A DNA stretch of 64,000 nt from Porticoccaceae bacterium. GTDB lineage: Bacteria > Pseudomonadota > Gammaproteobacteria > Pseudomonadales > Porticoccaceae. This document shows positions 50,243-59,351 of this stretch, one piece after another. The notes below the pieces were generated by a model. It saw only the letters and a program-made list of their open reading frames with translations. It was not told where the DNA came from and did no database searches. The stretch spans positions 2,577 through 66,576 of the forward strand of contig JBAZCN010000002.1 of assembly GCA_041655035.1 (NCBI GenBank), in the 5' to 3' direction. Position 1 is the stretch's first letter. The number at the start of each line of letters is the position of its first letter. The position numbers and the translations under genes are program-made.

Positions 50243-51111
50243 TGACCTTTTATCTTTCGGCACTGGTTCTCGGCCTCTGCCTGTCGGCGATGGGCCTGGG
50301 CATTTTCATCACCATGAAGATTTTCCGCATTCCCGACATCACCACCGACGGCAGTTACACCCTCGGCGCGGCCGTTACCGCCGTCGCCCTGGTCAATGGC
50401 TGGCCGCTGCCCGCCACCCTCGCGGCCAGCGTCGCCGCGGGAGCGCTGGCGGGAGTGGCCACCGGACTGGTACACACCCGCCTCCACATCGAGGCCCTGC
50501 TGGCCGGCATTCTGGTGATGACCGGCCTCTACTCCATCAATCTCAGCGTCCTCGGGCGCTCCAACATTCCGCTGGTCAGTGTCGACACCATTTTTGGCCG
50601 GCTGGGGGTGTTCGAGAGTACCGTCTACAACGAACTATGGGTCGGGCTGGTGTTCATACTGGTGCTCGGCAGCCTGGTGGCGTACTTTCTGCGCACCGAT
50701 TTCGGCATCGCCATGCGCGCCACCGGCAGCAGTGAATCCATGACCCGCGCCATGGGCGTCGACATCCGCCGCATGAAGGTAATCGGCCTCGCCGTTGCCA
50801 ACGCCCTCACCGCCCTCAGCGGATTTCTCGTCGCCCAGTACCAGCATTTCACCGATATCAACATGGGCATCGGCATCGTGCTGGTGGGCCTCGGCTCGGT
50901 GCTGATCGGCGATGCGGTGATCCGCTGGTTCGGCATTCGCGGCATCGGCTGGCAGCTGCTCACGGTGGTGGTCGGCTGCATTCTTTTCCAGATGGTGCTG
51001 GCCGCGGCGCTGTCACTCGGTGTGAATCCCAATTTCCTCAAGCTGGTCACCGCGGTATGCGTGCTGGCCATCGTCGGCCTGCCCCGGCTATTGCAGCGGG
51101 AGGTGCGCTGA
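50242..51111 (+). CDS. ABC transporter permease
   Basis: ATG overlaps the SBP stop (TGATG). Polytopic hydrophobic protein. Confidence 0.75.
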   Translation: MTFYLSALVLGLCLSAMGLGIFITMKIFRIPDITTDGSYTLGAAVTAVALVNGWPLPATLAASVAAGALAGVATGLVHTRLHIEALLAGILVMTGLYSINLSVLGRSNIPLVSVDTIFGRLGVFESTVYNELWVGLVFILVLGSLVAYFLRTDFGIAMRATGSSESMTRAMGVDIRRMKVIGLAVANALTALSGFLVAQYQHFTDINMGIGIVLVGLGSVLIGDAVIRWFGIRGIGWQLLTVVVGCILFQMVLAAALSLGVNPNFLKLVTAVCVLAIVGLPRLLQREVR

Positions 51112-51861
51112 ATGATAGCCCTGGAGGGTGTCGGCAAGACCTTCAACGCCGGTGGGGCCGCCGAAGTCCGGGCGCTGCAGCCCACCGCGCTGTACCTTGC
51201 CGCCGGCACCTTCCTGGTGTTGGTCGGCGGCAATGGATCGGGGAAGACCACGCTGCTCGACATCGTTTCGGGGGCATTGCCGGCCAGTGGCGGGCGGGTG
51301 CTCATCAAGGGGGTCGACGTCACCGCCCTGCCGGAACACCGTCGCAGCCGCTGGGTCGCCCGGGTGTTTCAGAACCCGCTGGCGGGCACCGCCTCCGATC
51401 TGACCGTGCTCGACAATTTTCGCCTCGCGGCGCTGCGCACCCGCGCCAAGAGGCTGGTCATCGGCGTCGACGAGGCATTTCGTCGCCAAGTGCGCGAGCG
51501 GATCGCGGAACTCGGCCTGGGCCTGGAGGACAAGCTGCACCAGCCCATGGGCGCGCTCTCCGGTGGCCAACGCCAGGCCCTGACTTTGTTGATGAGCGTG
51601 ATGGACCACACCGATATCCTGCTGCTCGACGAACCGACGGCGGCCCTCGATCCCCATTCCGCGCGGATGGTGCTGCGCCTTGCCGACCGCCTGATCGCGG
51701 AGCGGAAACTCACCGCGATTTTCATCACCCACAATCTGAGCGAGGCGATGGCGCTGGGCAGCCGCCTGATACAGCTCGACCGCGGCCGCATCGTCCGCGA
51801 CCTGGACGGCGCCGCAAAGCGCGCGCTGCGGCTGGAGGAGATGCAGCGCTGGTTTGGCTGA
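51112..51861 (+). CDS. ABC transporter ATP-binding protein
   Basis: Walker A GGNGSGKTT, signature LSGGQRQ, Walker B ILLLDEPT. Confidence 0.85.
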   Translation: MIALEGVGKTFNAGGAAEVRALQPTALYLAAGTFLVLVGGNGSGKTTLLDIVSGALPASGGRVLIKGVDVTALPEHRRSRWVARVFQNPLAGTASDLTVLDNFRLAALRTRAKRLVIGVDEAFRRQVRERIAELGLGLEDKLHQPMGALSGGQRQALTLLMSVMDHTDILLLDEPTAALDPHSARMVLRLADRLIAERKLTAIFITHNLSEAMALGSRLIQLDRGRIVRDLDGAAKRALRLEEMQRWFG

Positions 51862-52124
51862 GGCGCTGTCCGGCGTCGGCCGGGGGCGGTCACTCGCCGG
51901 ACCGGCGCAGCCGTTCCAGCGGCGTTAGCTGGTTGAAATCCGGCAGCCGTGAGGCCGCCGCGTCGGGGCGCAGCACTGTTTGACAACGTCGGGTTGAGCG
52001 TTAAAAATGACCGGGCTCCCTCAGGACGCCTGCTGCGACCGGTTCCCGGCGAGTGGGACACTATCTGTCTGTTTTTCGCCGCAACAATAACAGAAACCGC
52101 GAAATGACTAGCGAGGACACTGGA

Positions 52125-55100
52125 ATGTTCAAAGGACGCAGCGGTGGCAGGCGGATTCGGTTTTCCATCCGGGTCACGGTGGTGGGCATGTTTCTGGTGG
52201 CGACGACGATAACCGCAGCCGTCGCCATTGGCCTCCAGTATTTTTTCAGCCGCAACCTGGCGACCGAATCGACGCTGACCGTATACCAGCACGCGGCGGC
52301 CAGCACCAGCGAACACCTCGACAAAGTGGATGCGGCGGCAACCCAGGCCGCCAGCCTGCTGGCGGAATATCCCGGGCTCACCGACGGCGGCTGGGTCGCC
52401 GCCCACACCCGCCGGATATTTGCCGATACCCTCAGTCGCACACCGCTCTTTTACGGCATTTACATCGGCTTTGACAACGGCGACTTCTTCGAGCTGGTGA
52501 ATCTCGACACCAGTGTGGCGGTGCGCAACCAGCTGCGGGCGCAGCCGCAGGACCGCTGGGTCGTCATCGAGGTCCGCGGCGAGGGCGAGCGGCGCCGGCG
52601 CTGGTTCCATTATCACGATGCCGATTTCAACCTGAGGGCCAGTCGCGAGGAGGCCACTGACTATCTGGCCAACGAACGACCCTGGTTTACGGCCGCCAGA
52701 ACGGGGGAGGTCTTCAGGACCGCACCCTACCAGTTCCGGCATCTCCAGGCGCCGGGGCAGACTTACTCGACCCGTATCGCCGGCGGTGCCGTGCTGGCGG
52801 TGGACATCGCCCTGTCGTCCATCTCCCACTACCTGTATCAGCAGATCATCCATGTCGACAGTGAGATATTTCTCTATCAGGGCAGCGGTGAACTCATCGC
52901 ATCGAGCCTGCCCGAGCAGGGCATGGCGGATATTCCGCAGAGCGCTCCCCTGGAACTGAGTGCCGAGCAACGCGCCCTGATCGCCGGGCATCCGCTGCTC
53001 ACCGTCGCCAATGAGCTGGATTGGCCGCCTATCGATTTTGCGGTGTCGGGCCGGCCTTACGGCTATGCCATCGATACCCTGGCGCTGATCGCCGAGATGA
53101 CGGGCCTGCGTTTCGACTATGTCAACGGCTACCCCTGGCCCGATCTCGTGGCACTGTTCGACGCCGGCCAACTGGATGTGCTCCAGCCGGTGTTCGGCAC
53201 TCCGGAAAACGCCGGCAGGGGCGCGTTGAGCCAGTCGCTGCTGGATGTGCCCTACGGCGTCGTCACCCGCCCCGACAGCGAGGTGATTACCGATCTTCGC
53301 CAACTGGCCGGCAAAGTGGTGGCGATTCCCAGGGGCTGGTCGATTGTCGGTATCATCGCCACACAGTTCCCGGACATCACCGTGCTCGAAGTGGCATCGG
53401 TGCGGGGCATGCTCGAAGCGGTGCGTGCCGGGCGGGCGGACGCCGGGCTGGATGCCGCCGCCGTCCTGCGCTACACCATGCGCCAGTTTTTCATCGACGA
53501 TGTGCGCCTCCACCAGCCGCTGGTGTTTTCCGACGGGGAGTTGCCCGGGCACCTGCACTTTCTGCTCGGCCGCGACAATGCGGCACTGGTGGAGATCTTC
53601 GACCTGGCCCTGGCCAATATCAGTGACGCCCAGAAGCTGGCGCTGCAGGCCAAATGGCTTGGTGAACCACCGAAAAGCATGGGCACCGTGCCCTATCCGC
53701 AGCTGGTGACGCTGGCCGCCGACAGCGCCGGGCAGGAACGCCTCGCCAGGATTTCCATTGCCGGTCGGGATCATTTCGCCTATGTGCAGGCCGTAGGTGG
53801 CGAAGGTCGGGAGCCCGATTATTTCGCGGTGGTGACGCCGGTGGCCGCGGTGCTGGCGCCGGCGGCGGCGCGGGTGACGGCGGCGCTGTGGATCACCGCC
53901 CTGTGCCTGTTGCTGTTGCTGCCGGTCTCCTTCTGGCTGGGGGGCTTCATCGTCAGGCCGGTCAGGCGGCTGGCGGATGAAAATCGCAAGATCGGCCGCC
54001 GCGATTACGATGCGCTGGTGCCGGTGAACAGCCGCATCGTCGAGATCGACGAACTCGCTTCTTCGCTGACCACCATGGCCCATGCCATCGAACGCCACGG
54101 CGAACAGCAGGAGCGGCTGATGGAGTCGTTCTTCCGCCTGATCGCCGAGGCGATCGACGACAAATCCCCCTATACCGCCAAACACTGCGCACGGGTGCCC
54201 GAGCTCGCGATCATGCTGGCGGAACGGGCGCAGGACGCCAGTACCCCGCCGTTCGACGAATTCCATTTCGACACTGAGCAGCAGTGGCGGGAGTTTCGTA
54301 TCGGCGCCTGGCTCCACGACTGCGGCAAGATCACCACGCCGGAACATATCATCGACAAAGGCACCAAGCTGGAGCTCAATTACAACCGCATTCACGAGAT
54401 TCGCACCCGCTTCGAAGTGCTGTGGCGCGACGCCGAGGTCGATTACTGGCGCGGACGGCTGGCGGAGCCCGGTCGGGCCGCCGCGCTGGAAGCCGAGTTG
54501 CAGCGGCGCCACCGGCAATTGCGCGATGATTTCGCCTTTATTGCCGCCTGCAACCTGGGCAGCGAATCCCTCGATCAGGCGGTGATTGCCCGGCTGCACT
54601 CCTTGGCGGGGATCGTCTGGCAGCGCCATTTCGACGACCGGCTGGGGTTGTCCCGCGTCGAGGCCGCGCGCTTCAGCGGTGCGCCGCCGGCCCTGCCGGT
54701 TGCCGAGACCCTGCTGGCGGACCGGCCTGAACACCTGATTCCCCGTGCGGGAGAGCGCGAATATCCGCCGCACCTGGGGATCCGGATGGAGGTGCCGGAA
54801 CATCTCTACAACCAGGGCGAGCTGTACAATCTCTGTATCCCCCGGGGGACCCTGACTCCCGAGGACCGCTTCAAGATCAACGAGCACATCATCAGCACTA
54901 TCAAAATGCTCGATAGTCTCCATTTCCCCGAAGAGCTGGCGCAGGTTCCCCGCTATGCCTCGACTCATCACGAGGCGCTCGATGGCAGCGGCTACCCGCG
55001 CAAACTTACCGCCGAGGAGCTGTCGATGCCGGAGCGATTCATCGTGCTGGCGGATATCTTCGAAGCATTGACCGCCGCCGACCGGCCCTACAAGCCCGCC

Positions 55101-55283
55101 AAGACCGTGAGCACCGCCATCGAGGTGCTCTACAGCATGGTGGTCAAGGGCCATGTCGACCGGGATGTGTTCGAACTCTTTCTCACCAGCGGCGTATACC
55201 GCGAGTTCGCCTCCCGGTTCCTGCCCGAGGAGCAGATCGACGAAGTGAACATCGAGCGCTATCTCCGTCCCGCCCACGGTTAG
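52125..55283 (+). CDS. Multi-sensor HD-GYP domain protein (periplasmic sensor + SBP_bac_3-like domain, HAMP, HD-GYP)
   Basis: TM, periplasmic region including a PBPb-like segment (ELDWPPIDFAVSGRPYGYAIDTL), second TM and HAMP. HD WLHDCGKITTP and GYP HHEALDGSGYPRKL. Start could be 52053, 52104 or 52125. Confidence 0.8.
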   Translation: MFKGRSGGRRIRFSIRVTVVGMFLVATTITAAVAIGLQYFFSRNLATESTLTVYQHAAASTSEHLDKVDAAATQAASLLAEYPGLTDGGWVAAHTRRIFADTLSRTPLFYGIYIGFDNGDFFELVNLDTSVAVRNQLRAQPQDRWVVIEVRGEGERRRRWFHYHDADFNLRASREEATDYLANERPWFTAARTGEVFRTAPYQFRHLQAPGQTYSTRIAGGAVLAVDIALSSISHYLYQQIIHVDSEIFLYQGSGELIASSLPEQGMADIPQSAPLELSAEQRALIAGHPLLTVANELDWPPIDFAVSGRPYGYAIDTLALIAEMTGLRFDYVNGYPWPDLVALFDAGQLDVLQPVFGTPENAGRGALSQSLLDVPYGVVTRPDSEVITDLRQLAGKVVAIPRGWSIVGIIATQFPDITVLEVASVRGMLEAVRAGRADAGLDAAAVLRYTMRQFFIDDVRLHQPLVFSDGELPGHLHFLLGRDNAALVEIFDLALANISDAQKLALQAKWLGEPPKSMGTVPYPQLVTLAADSAGQERLARISIAGRDHFAYVQAVGGEGREPDYFAVVTPVAAVLAPAAARVTAALWITALCLLLLLPVSFWLGGFIVRPVRRLADENRKIGRRDYDALVPVNSRIVEIDELASSLTTMAHAIERHGEQQERLMESFFRLIAEAIDDKSPYTAKHCARVPELAIMLAERAQDASTPPFDEFHFDTEQQWREFRIGAWLHDCGKITTPEHIIDKGTKLELNYNRIHEIRTRFEVLWRDAEVDYWRGRLAEPGRAAALEAELQRRHRQLRDDFAFIAACNLGSESLDQAVIARLHSLAGIVWQRHFDDRLGLSRVEAARFSGAPPALPVAETLLADRPEHLIPRAGEREYPPHLGIRMEVPEHLYNQGELYNLCIPRGTLTPEDRFKINEHIISTIKMLDSLHFPEELAQVPRYASTHHEALDGSGYPRKLTAEELSMPERFIVLADIFEALTAADRPYKPAKTVSTAIEVLYSMVVKGHVDRDVFELFLTSGVYREFASRFLPEEQIDEVNIERYLRPAHG

Positions 55284-55392
55284 CATCCGTCGAGACAAGG
55301 GTATCGCCCGAACCTCGACAGACGCTGGGGAAGGGCAGGGCTTTTGGGTGTATCATCCGCGGCTGAACCCCCGGTAGATATCTGGAGCACCT

Positions 55393-56040
55393 ATGCCCTC
55401 CCCGCAACCACACTTCGACCACCAGCAGTTTGCCGCCCTGGTGGCCCGCCTGGGCATTGCCGACCAGGTACTCGACTCCCAGGCCTTGTCGGGCCTCGCC
55501 CTGGCGGTCCTCTCCGCGCCCGACCTGATCGAGACCAGTGAATGGTTTCCCCTCGCCTTTCTCGATGCCAGCGGTGAAGTGGCGGAGCCGGCCTTCGAGT
55601 CCGCGGCGGATGCCGACGCGTTTTACGACCAGTTGCACCAGCTGGTCGGCGTGTGGAACGCCATTCTGGCGCAAGACGCCGACATTCCACTGCCCGAAGA
55701 CTGCGGCCTGGACGCTGACGGCCAGCCTTCCGCCGCACTGAGGGATTTTTGTGACGGCGTGCTGGTCGGCTTCGACTGGCTGGATGAGGTCTGGAGCGAG
55801 GTGCTCGACGAGGTGGCGGAGATCAACAGCGATCTCGGCGAGGTGTTCGATTCCACCGTCACCGCCTGCATGTTGCTCAACGATCCGCAGGCCACCCGCG
55901 CCAGCCTCGAGCAGAACGACGGCATGGCCATCGACGAGCAGATGACCTGCGCCGAGGCCATCGAGGTGTTTCGCTCGGGGATGAGGATCCTGGCCAATTT
56001 CGGCCGGGACGTAGCGGCGTTGCTGGAGGAAGAGGGCTGA
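55393..56040 (+). CDS. UPF0149 (YgfB/YecA N-domain-like) family protein
   Basis: Acidic 215-aa protein with LSGLALAVLSAPDLIETSEWFPL, which resembles the UPF0149 core. Confidence 0.55.
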   Translation: MPSPQPHFDHQQFAALVARLGIADQVLDSQALSGLALAVLSAPDLIETSEWFPLAFLDASGEVAEPAFESAADADAFYDQLHQLVGVWNAILAQDADIPLPEDCGLDADGQPSAALRDFCDGVLVGFDWLDEVWSEVLDEVAEINSDLGEVFDSTVTACMLLNDPQATRASLEQNDGMAIDEQMTCAEAIEVFRSGMRILANFGRDVAALLEEEG

Positions 56041-56114
56041 CGCCCAGTTCGGACGCCACTGCTGTTTCAGCTGGCACGCAAAGGCATGTCGCGCCGCTGC
56101 GGGGTAAAGCCTCC

Positions 56115-56289
56115 GGTGCGCTTCGTGCCTCAGCGCACCCTATGGAAAGCGCGTCGCAGTGCGCTTGGGGACGACCCCGAGGGGGCCAATAGGGTGTGCT
56201 GAGGCACGAAGCGCACCGCAGCAACTACAGGTCTGGGAAGGTGCCTTTATCTATCGGAGCATAGGGTGTGCTGAGGCACGAAGCGCACC
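56115..56289. repeat. Cluster of three REP copies (one forward, two inverted)
   Basis: GGTGCGCTTCGTGCCTCAGCGCACCCTAT at 56115-56143. ATAGGGTGTGCTGAGGCACGAAGCGCACC at 56189-56217 and 56261-56289. Confidence 0.85.
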
Positions 56290-56351
56290 GCGGGAACGCG
56301 GCGATATATCCTGTTATCTATCAATGGATCGAATATAGCCTTCGCCAGACC

Positions 56352-58169
56352 CTAACCGCCGTAACACTGCTTCACCGCCTCCCGTCCCTCCTTGCCAATG
56401 ACCTGGTACTTCTTCCAGAACGCGCTGTCGATACCCTTCAGGTTATTGCTGGTCCCGGTGCTGCGGTAGCGGGCCAGGTGGCGCGGCCCGCCGTTGTACA
56501 CCGCATAGGTGGCCCGCGCCAGGTTGTGCACGTCGCCGTTGATCTCGTGCTCCTTGCGCTTGATGGCATAGTCCACCAGGTAGTGGGCGAGGATTTCGTT
56601 GCCGGCGCGGGCGTTGTAGCCGACATTGCCCTGCAGGGCGTCGAGGTCGTAGATGCCGCGCCACACATGTTTGTTGATCTGCATCAGCCCCACTGATCCC
56701 GCCGTCGACAGGATGGGCTGGACCTGGCCATTGCGCTCGACGAACTGCCGCCAGCAGGTTTCCTGCCAGGCCGTGGCCCGCACCAGGTTTTCGTAGACGG
56801 CGAAGAACGCCGGCGGCACTTTGCCCCGCTCCCGCTCGCCACGGATACTTTCATCGATGAGCTGTTCCATGGTGCTCAGGTAGTGGTCGAGTTCATCGGG
56901 CGCCGGCACCCAGCCGGTCAGGGTCTTGACCAGGGCGGGATCGACGGTGGCGGCTTCGACCCGGGGAACCACCCAGATAAACGGCAGGGCGGGGGTGGTC
57001 TCCTCCTCGAAGTCGGGATCCAGCCCCAGCAGGCTGCGCAAGCGGGGGTCGATGACGGTATCGTACTTCAACTCCTCGTCCGTTACCGCGGGCGACAGCG
57101 TTCGGGCAAGGTTTCTCAGGGTGTTGCTGTCGAGACGCAGGCCGAGGTGGGGAGCGGCGTGATCGAGTGTTTGCAGGGCATTGGCGGCGCTGATGAAGGT
57201 GGCAAGGTGAATGGCTTCAGCACCGGGCAGGTTCAGGTCGCTGTCCCGCAACAGGGGCGCCAGTCGCGACCAGGTGTCGAGAAACAACGCGCGCACCGGG
57301 TCACCCTTGCGGTGGTCTGCGGCGAGGGCGTCGCGCAGATCGTGGCGGGCCTCGATCAGGATATCGGCGAGAGTGGCGCGCAGCTCCGGCGCCGCCGGCA
57401 TCGCCAGGCCGATGATCAGCCAGGTGGCGAAGGCGTCCCACGATTGCCAGGCGGCATCCCAGGCGGCCAGCTCCGCCCGGGTCAGTACCGCTTGCGGGGC
57501 CGGCGTCCAGTCGGCAGGGCGTGGCGGGGTGTCGAGAGTGAATACGATGGTGAGCCCGTCCGATGTCGCCGTCGCTGCCTTGAGGGCAAGCGACTCGGCG
57601 ACACCCTGCCGCTCCGGCAATTCCCCCGGCAAGGCGTCGCGGATCAGGGTCTTCAGTTCGGTCAACGCCGGGGCAAAACCGACGGTGACGGCGCCGAGCC
57701 GGGGGTGGACGTAGCCCTTGATCCAGTTCCACAGGATGCCGGGCATCGAGCGGCTCTGGTCGCCGCTGAGAATATTCGAATCGATGACACGGAAGGCGAT
57801 GGTGGTACCATCCTCGGATACCTGCGCCTCTTCCAGGGTCTCGATGGTGCCCTGCCATTCAAACGGCAGCAGGCAGCGTCCGCCAAGGGGCGTGCCACCA
57901 CGGGCGATGGCCCGGGTCGTTATCCGCAGCTGGCCTTCGGCACCGCCCGCCACCCGGGGATCCGAGAGCAGCAGGGAGTTGCAATCGAGGCCGTCGGAAA
58001 AAACCTCGGCGGAACCGTCCGGGCCGAGAAACAGCTGCTGGGCCAGGGCCTGGCCGACTATTTCGTAATCGAGGGTGACCGGCAGGTCGAGCACCTCGCC
58101 GGCGACGCCAGGTGACAGCAGGCCCAGGGCCCCGGCAAACAACAGCGAATGAAGAAGGCGGTCACGCAT
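56352..58169 (-). CDS. Lytic transglycosylase domain protein with large N-terminal periplasmic region
   Basis: ATG 58169 with signal peptide. C-terminal SLT motifs AWQETCW, GLMQI and AVYNGGP. Confidence 0.75.
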   Translation of the reverse strand: MRDRLLHSLLFAGALGLLSPGVAGEVLDLPVTLDYEIVGQALAQQLFLGPDGSAEVFSDGLDCNSLLLSDPRVAGGAEGQLRITTRAIARGGTPLGGRCLLPFEWQGTIETLEEAQVSEDGTTIAFRVIDSNILSGDQSRSMPGILWNWIKGYVHPRLGAVTVGFAPALTELKTLIRDALPGELPERQGVAESLALKAATATSDGLTIVFTLDTPPRPADWTPAPQAVLTRAELAAWDAAWQSWDAFATWLIIGLAMPAAPELRATLADILIEARHDLRDALAADHRKGDPVRALFLDTWSRLAPLLRDSDLNLPGAEAIHLATFISAANALQTLDHAAPHLGLRLDSNTLRNLARTLSPAVTDEELKYDTVIDPRLRSLLGLDPDFEEETTPALPFIWVVPRVEAATVDPALVKTLTGWVPAPDELDHYLSTMEQLIDESIRGERERGKVPPAFFAVYENLVRATAWQETCWRQFVERNGQVQPILSTAGSVGLMQINKHVWRGIYDLDALQGNVGYNARAGNEILAHYLVDYAIKRKEHEINGDVHNLARATYAVYNGGPRHLARYRSTGTSNNLKGIDSAFWKKYQVIGKEGREAVKQCYGG

Positions 58170-58335
58170 AATGGTGATGTCCAGCTCGGGCTTTGCGAGT
58201 AGTGCTGTGTCGGGGAGTGGATCATAGCAAAATCCCGGCGGTGGCCCACAGGGAACTTCGCGACAGCCGGCTTCTCCAAAACAGAGTGTCACATCGCATT
58301 CAACAACGATCCTGTAGACAACAACCTAAGCGACG

Positions 58336-58401
58336 ACAACCAACGTCAATACAACCAAAGTCAACACAACCAAAGTCAACACAACCAAAGTCAACAACAA
58401 C
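58336..58401 (+). repeat. 15-bp direct tandem repeat, about 4.4 copies (ACAACCAAAGTCAAC)
   Basis: ACAACCAACGTCAAT, then 3 exact ACAACCAAAGTCAAC, then AACAAC. Ends 14 nt before the start of the small gene at 58416. Confidence 0.9.
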
Positions 58402-58415
58402 AGAGGAAGTGCAAT

Positions 58416-58604
58416 ATGGATATTCAGGTAGGGGGCTTGCTCGGTCTGTTGATCCTGGCCGCCGACATCTGGGCCATTATCAACGTATTCCAATCCGGCA
58501 CCAGCAATGTCAGCAAGTTGCTGTGGATTCTTTTGATTCTGCTGCTGCCGGTCGTTGGCCTGATCATCTGGTTTTTTATCGGGCCGCGCGGGGGTAGGAT
58601 ATAG
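58416..58604 (+). CDS. PLDc_N-type small two-TM membrane protein
   Basis: 62 aa. LILAADIWAIINVF...KLLWILLILLLPVVGLIIWFFIGPR matches the PLD-N-terminal small membrane protein pattern. SD AGAGGAAG. Confidence 0.65.
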   Translation: MDIQVGGLLGLLILAADIWAIINVFQSGTSNVSKLLWILLILLLPVVGLIIWFFIGPRGGRI

Positions 58605-58673
58605 GGCATTACACATGCGCCGGGGGCGTCCAGCCCCTGGCGAAATAACAAGCCCTCAGCGAGAAATAGCCGA

Positions 58674-59327
58674 ATGCGACTGTTCTACTATCCGGGCGCC
58701 TGCTCGTTGGTGCCACATATTGCCCTGGAAGAAATCGGTGCGCCCTATGAGGCGGTCAAGGTGGATTTTGCCCGCGGAGAACAGCGGACGGAGCAATATC
58801 TGCGCCTCAATCCCGGTGGTCGGGTGCCGGTGCTGGTTACCGACCGGGGTGCGATCAGTGAAATACCTTCCATCCTGGGCTACCTGGCCCGGACTTTCCC
58901 CGATTCCAAATTGATGGACACCGGTGACCCGTTCGAATTCGCCCAGATGCAATCCTTCCATATGTACATCGCCACCACGCTCCATGTGTTGTTCAGGCAG
59001 ATTTCACGGCCAGACGCCTATGTGGATGGCGACGATTGCCGGGGCGCCTTGAAAGCCAAGGTGCCGGAGATGGCCGACCACTACTTCGAGCCGATCGAGC
59101 AGCGCATGGCGGACGGACGCCCCTGGGTCCACGGCGACAGCTGGTCCGCTTCCGACATTTACCTGTATGTGTTTTCCAGCTATCTCAACATGGCGGACCG
59201 CGGCGACCCCGCACGGGTGCCCGCGGTCATGGCGCACCGCCGGCGAGTGCGTGCGAGGCCGGCGGTGGCCAGGGCTCTCGATCAGGAAAGTGGCGGCGGG
59301 CTGGTGGCGATGACGATCTTTGATTGA
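58674..59327 (+). CDS. Glutathione S-transferase
   Basis: MRLFYYPGACSLVPHIALEE...LNPGGRVPVL, a beta-class GST N-domain. Confidence 0.8.
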   Translation: MRLFYYPGACSLVPHIALEEIGAPYEAVKVDFARGEQRTEQYLRLNPGGRVPVLVTDRGAISEIPSILGYLARTFPDSKLMDTGDPFEFAQMQSFHMYIATTLHVLFRQISRPDAYVDGDDCRGALKAKVPEMADHYFEPIEQRMADGRPWVHGDSWSASDIYLYVFSSYLNMADRGDPARVPAVMAHRRRVRARPAVARALDQESGGGLVAMTIFD

Positions 59328-59351
59328 TGGCGGCCGGCGCGCCAGAGGGCG

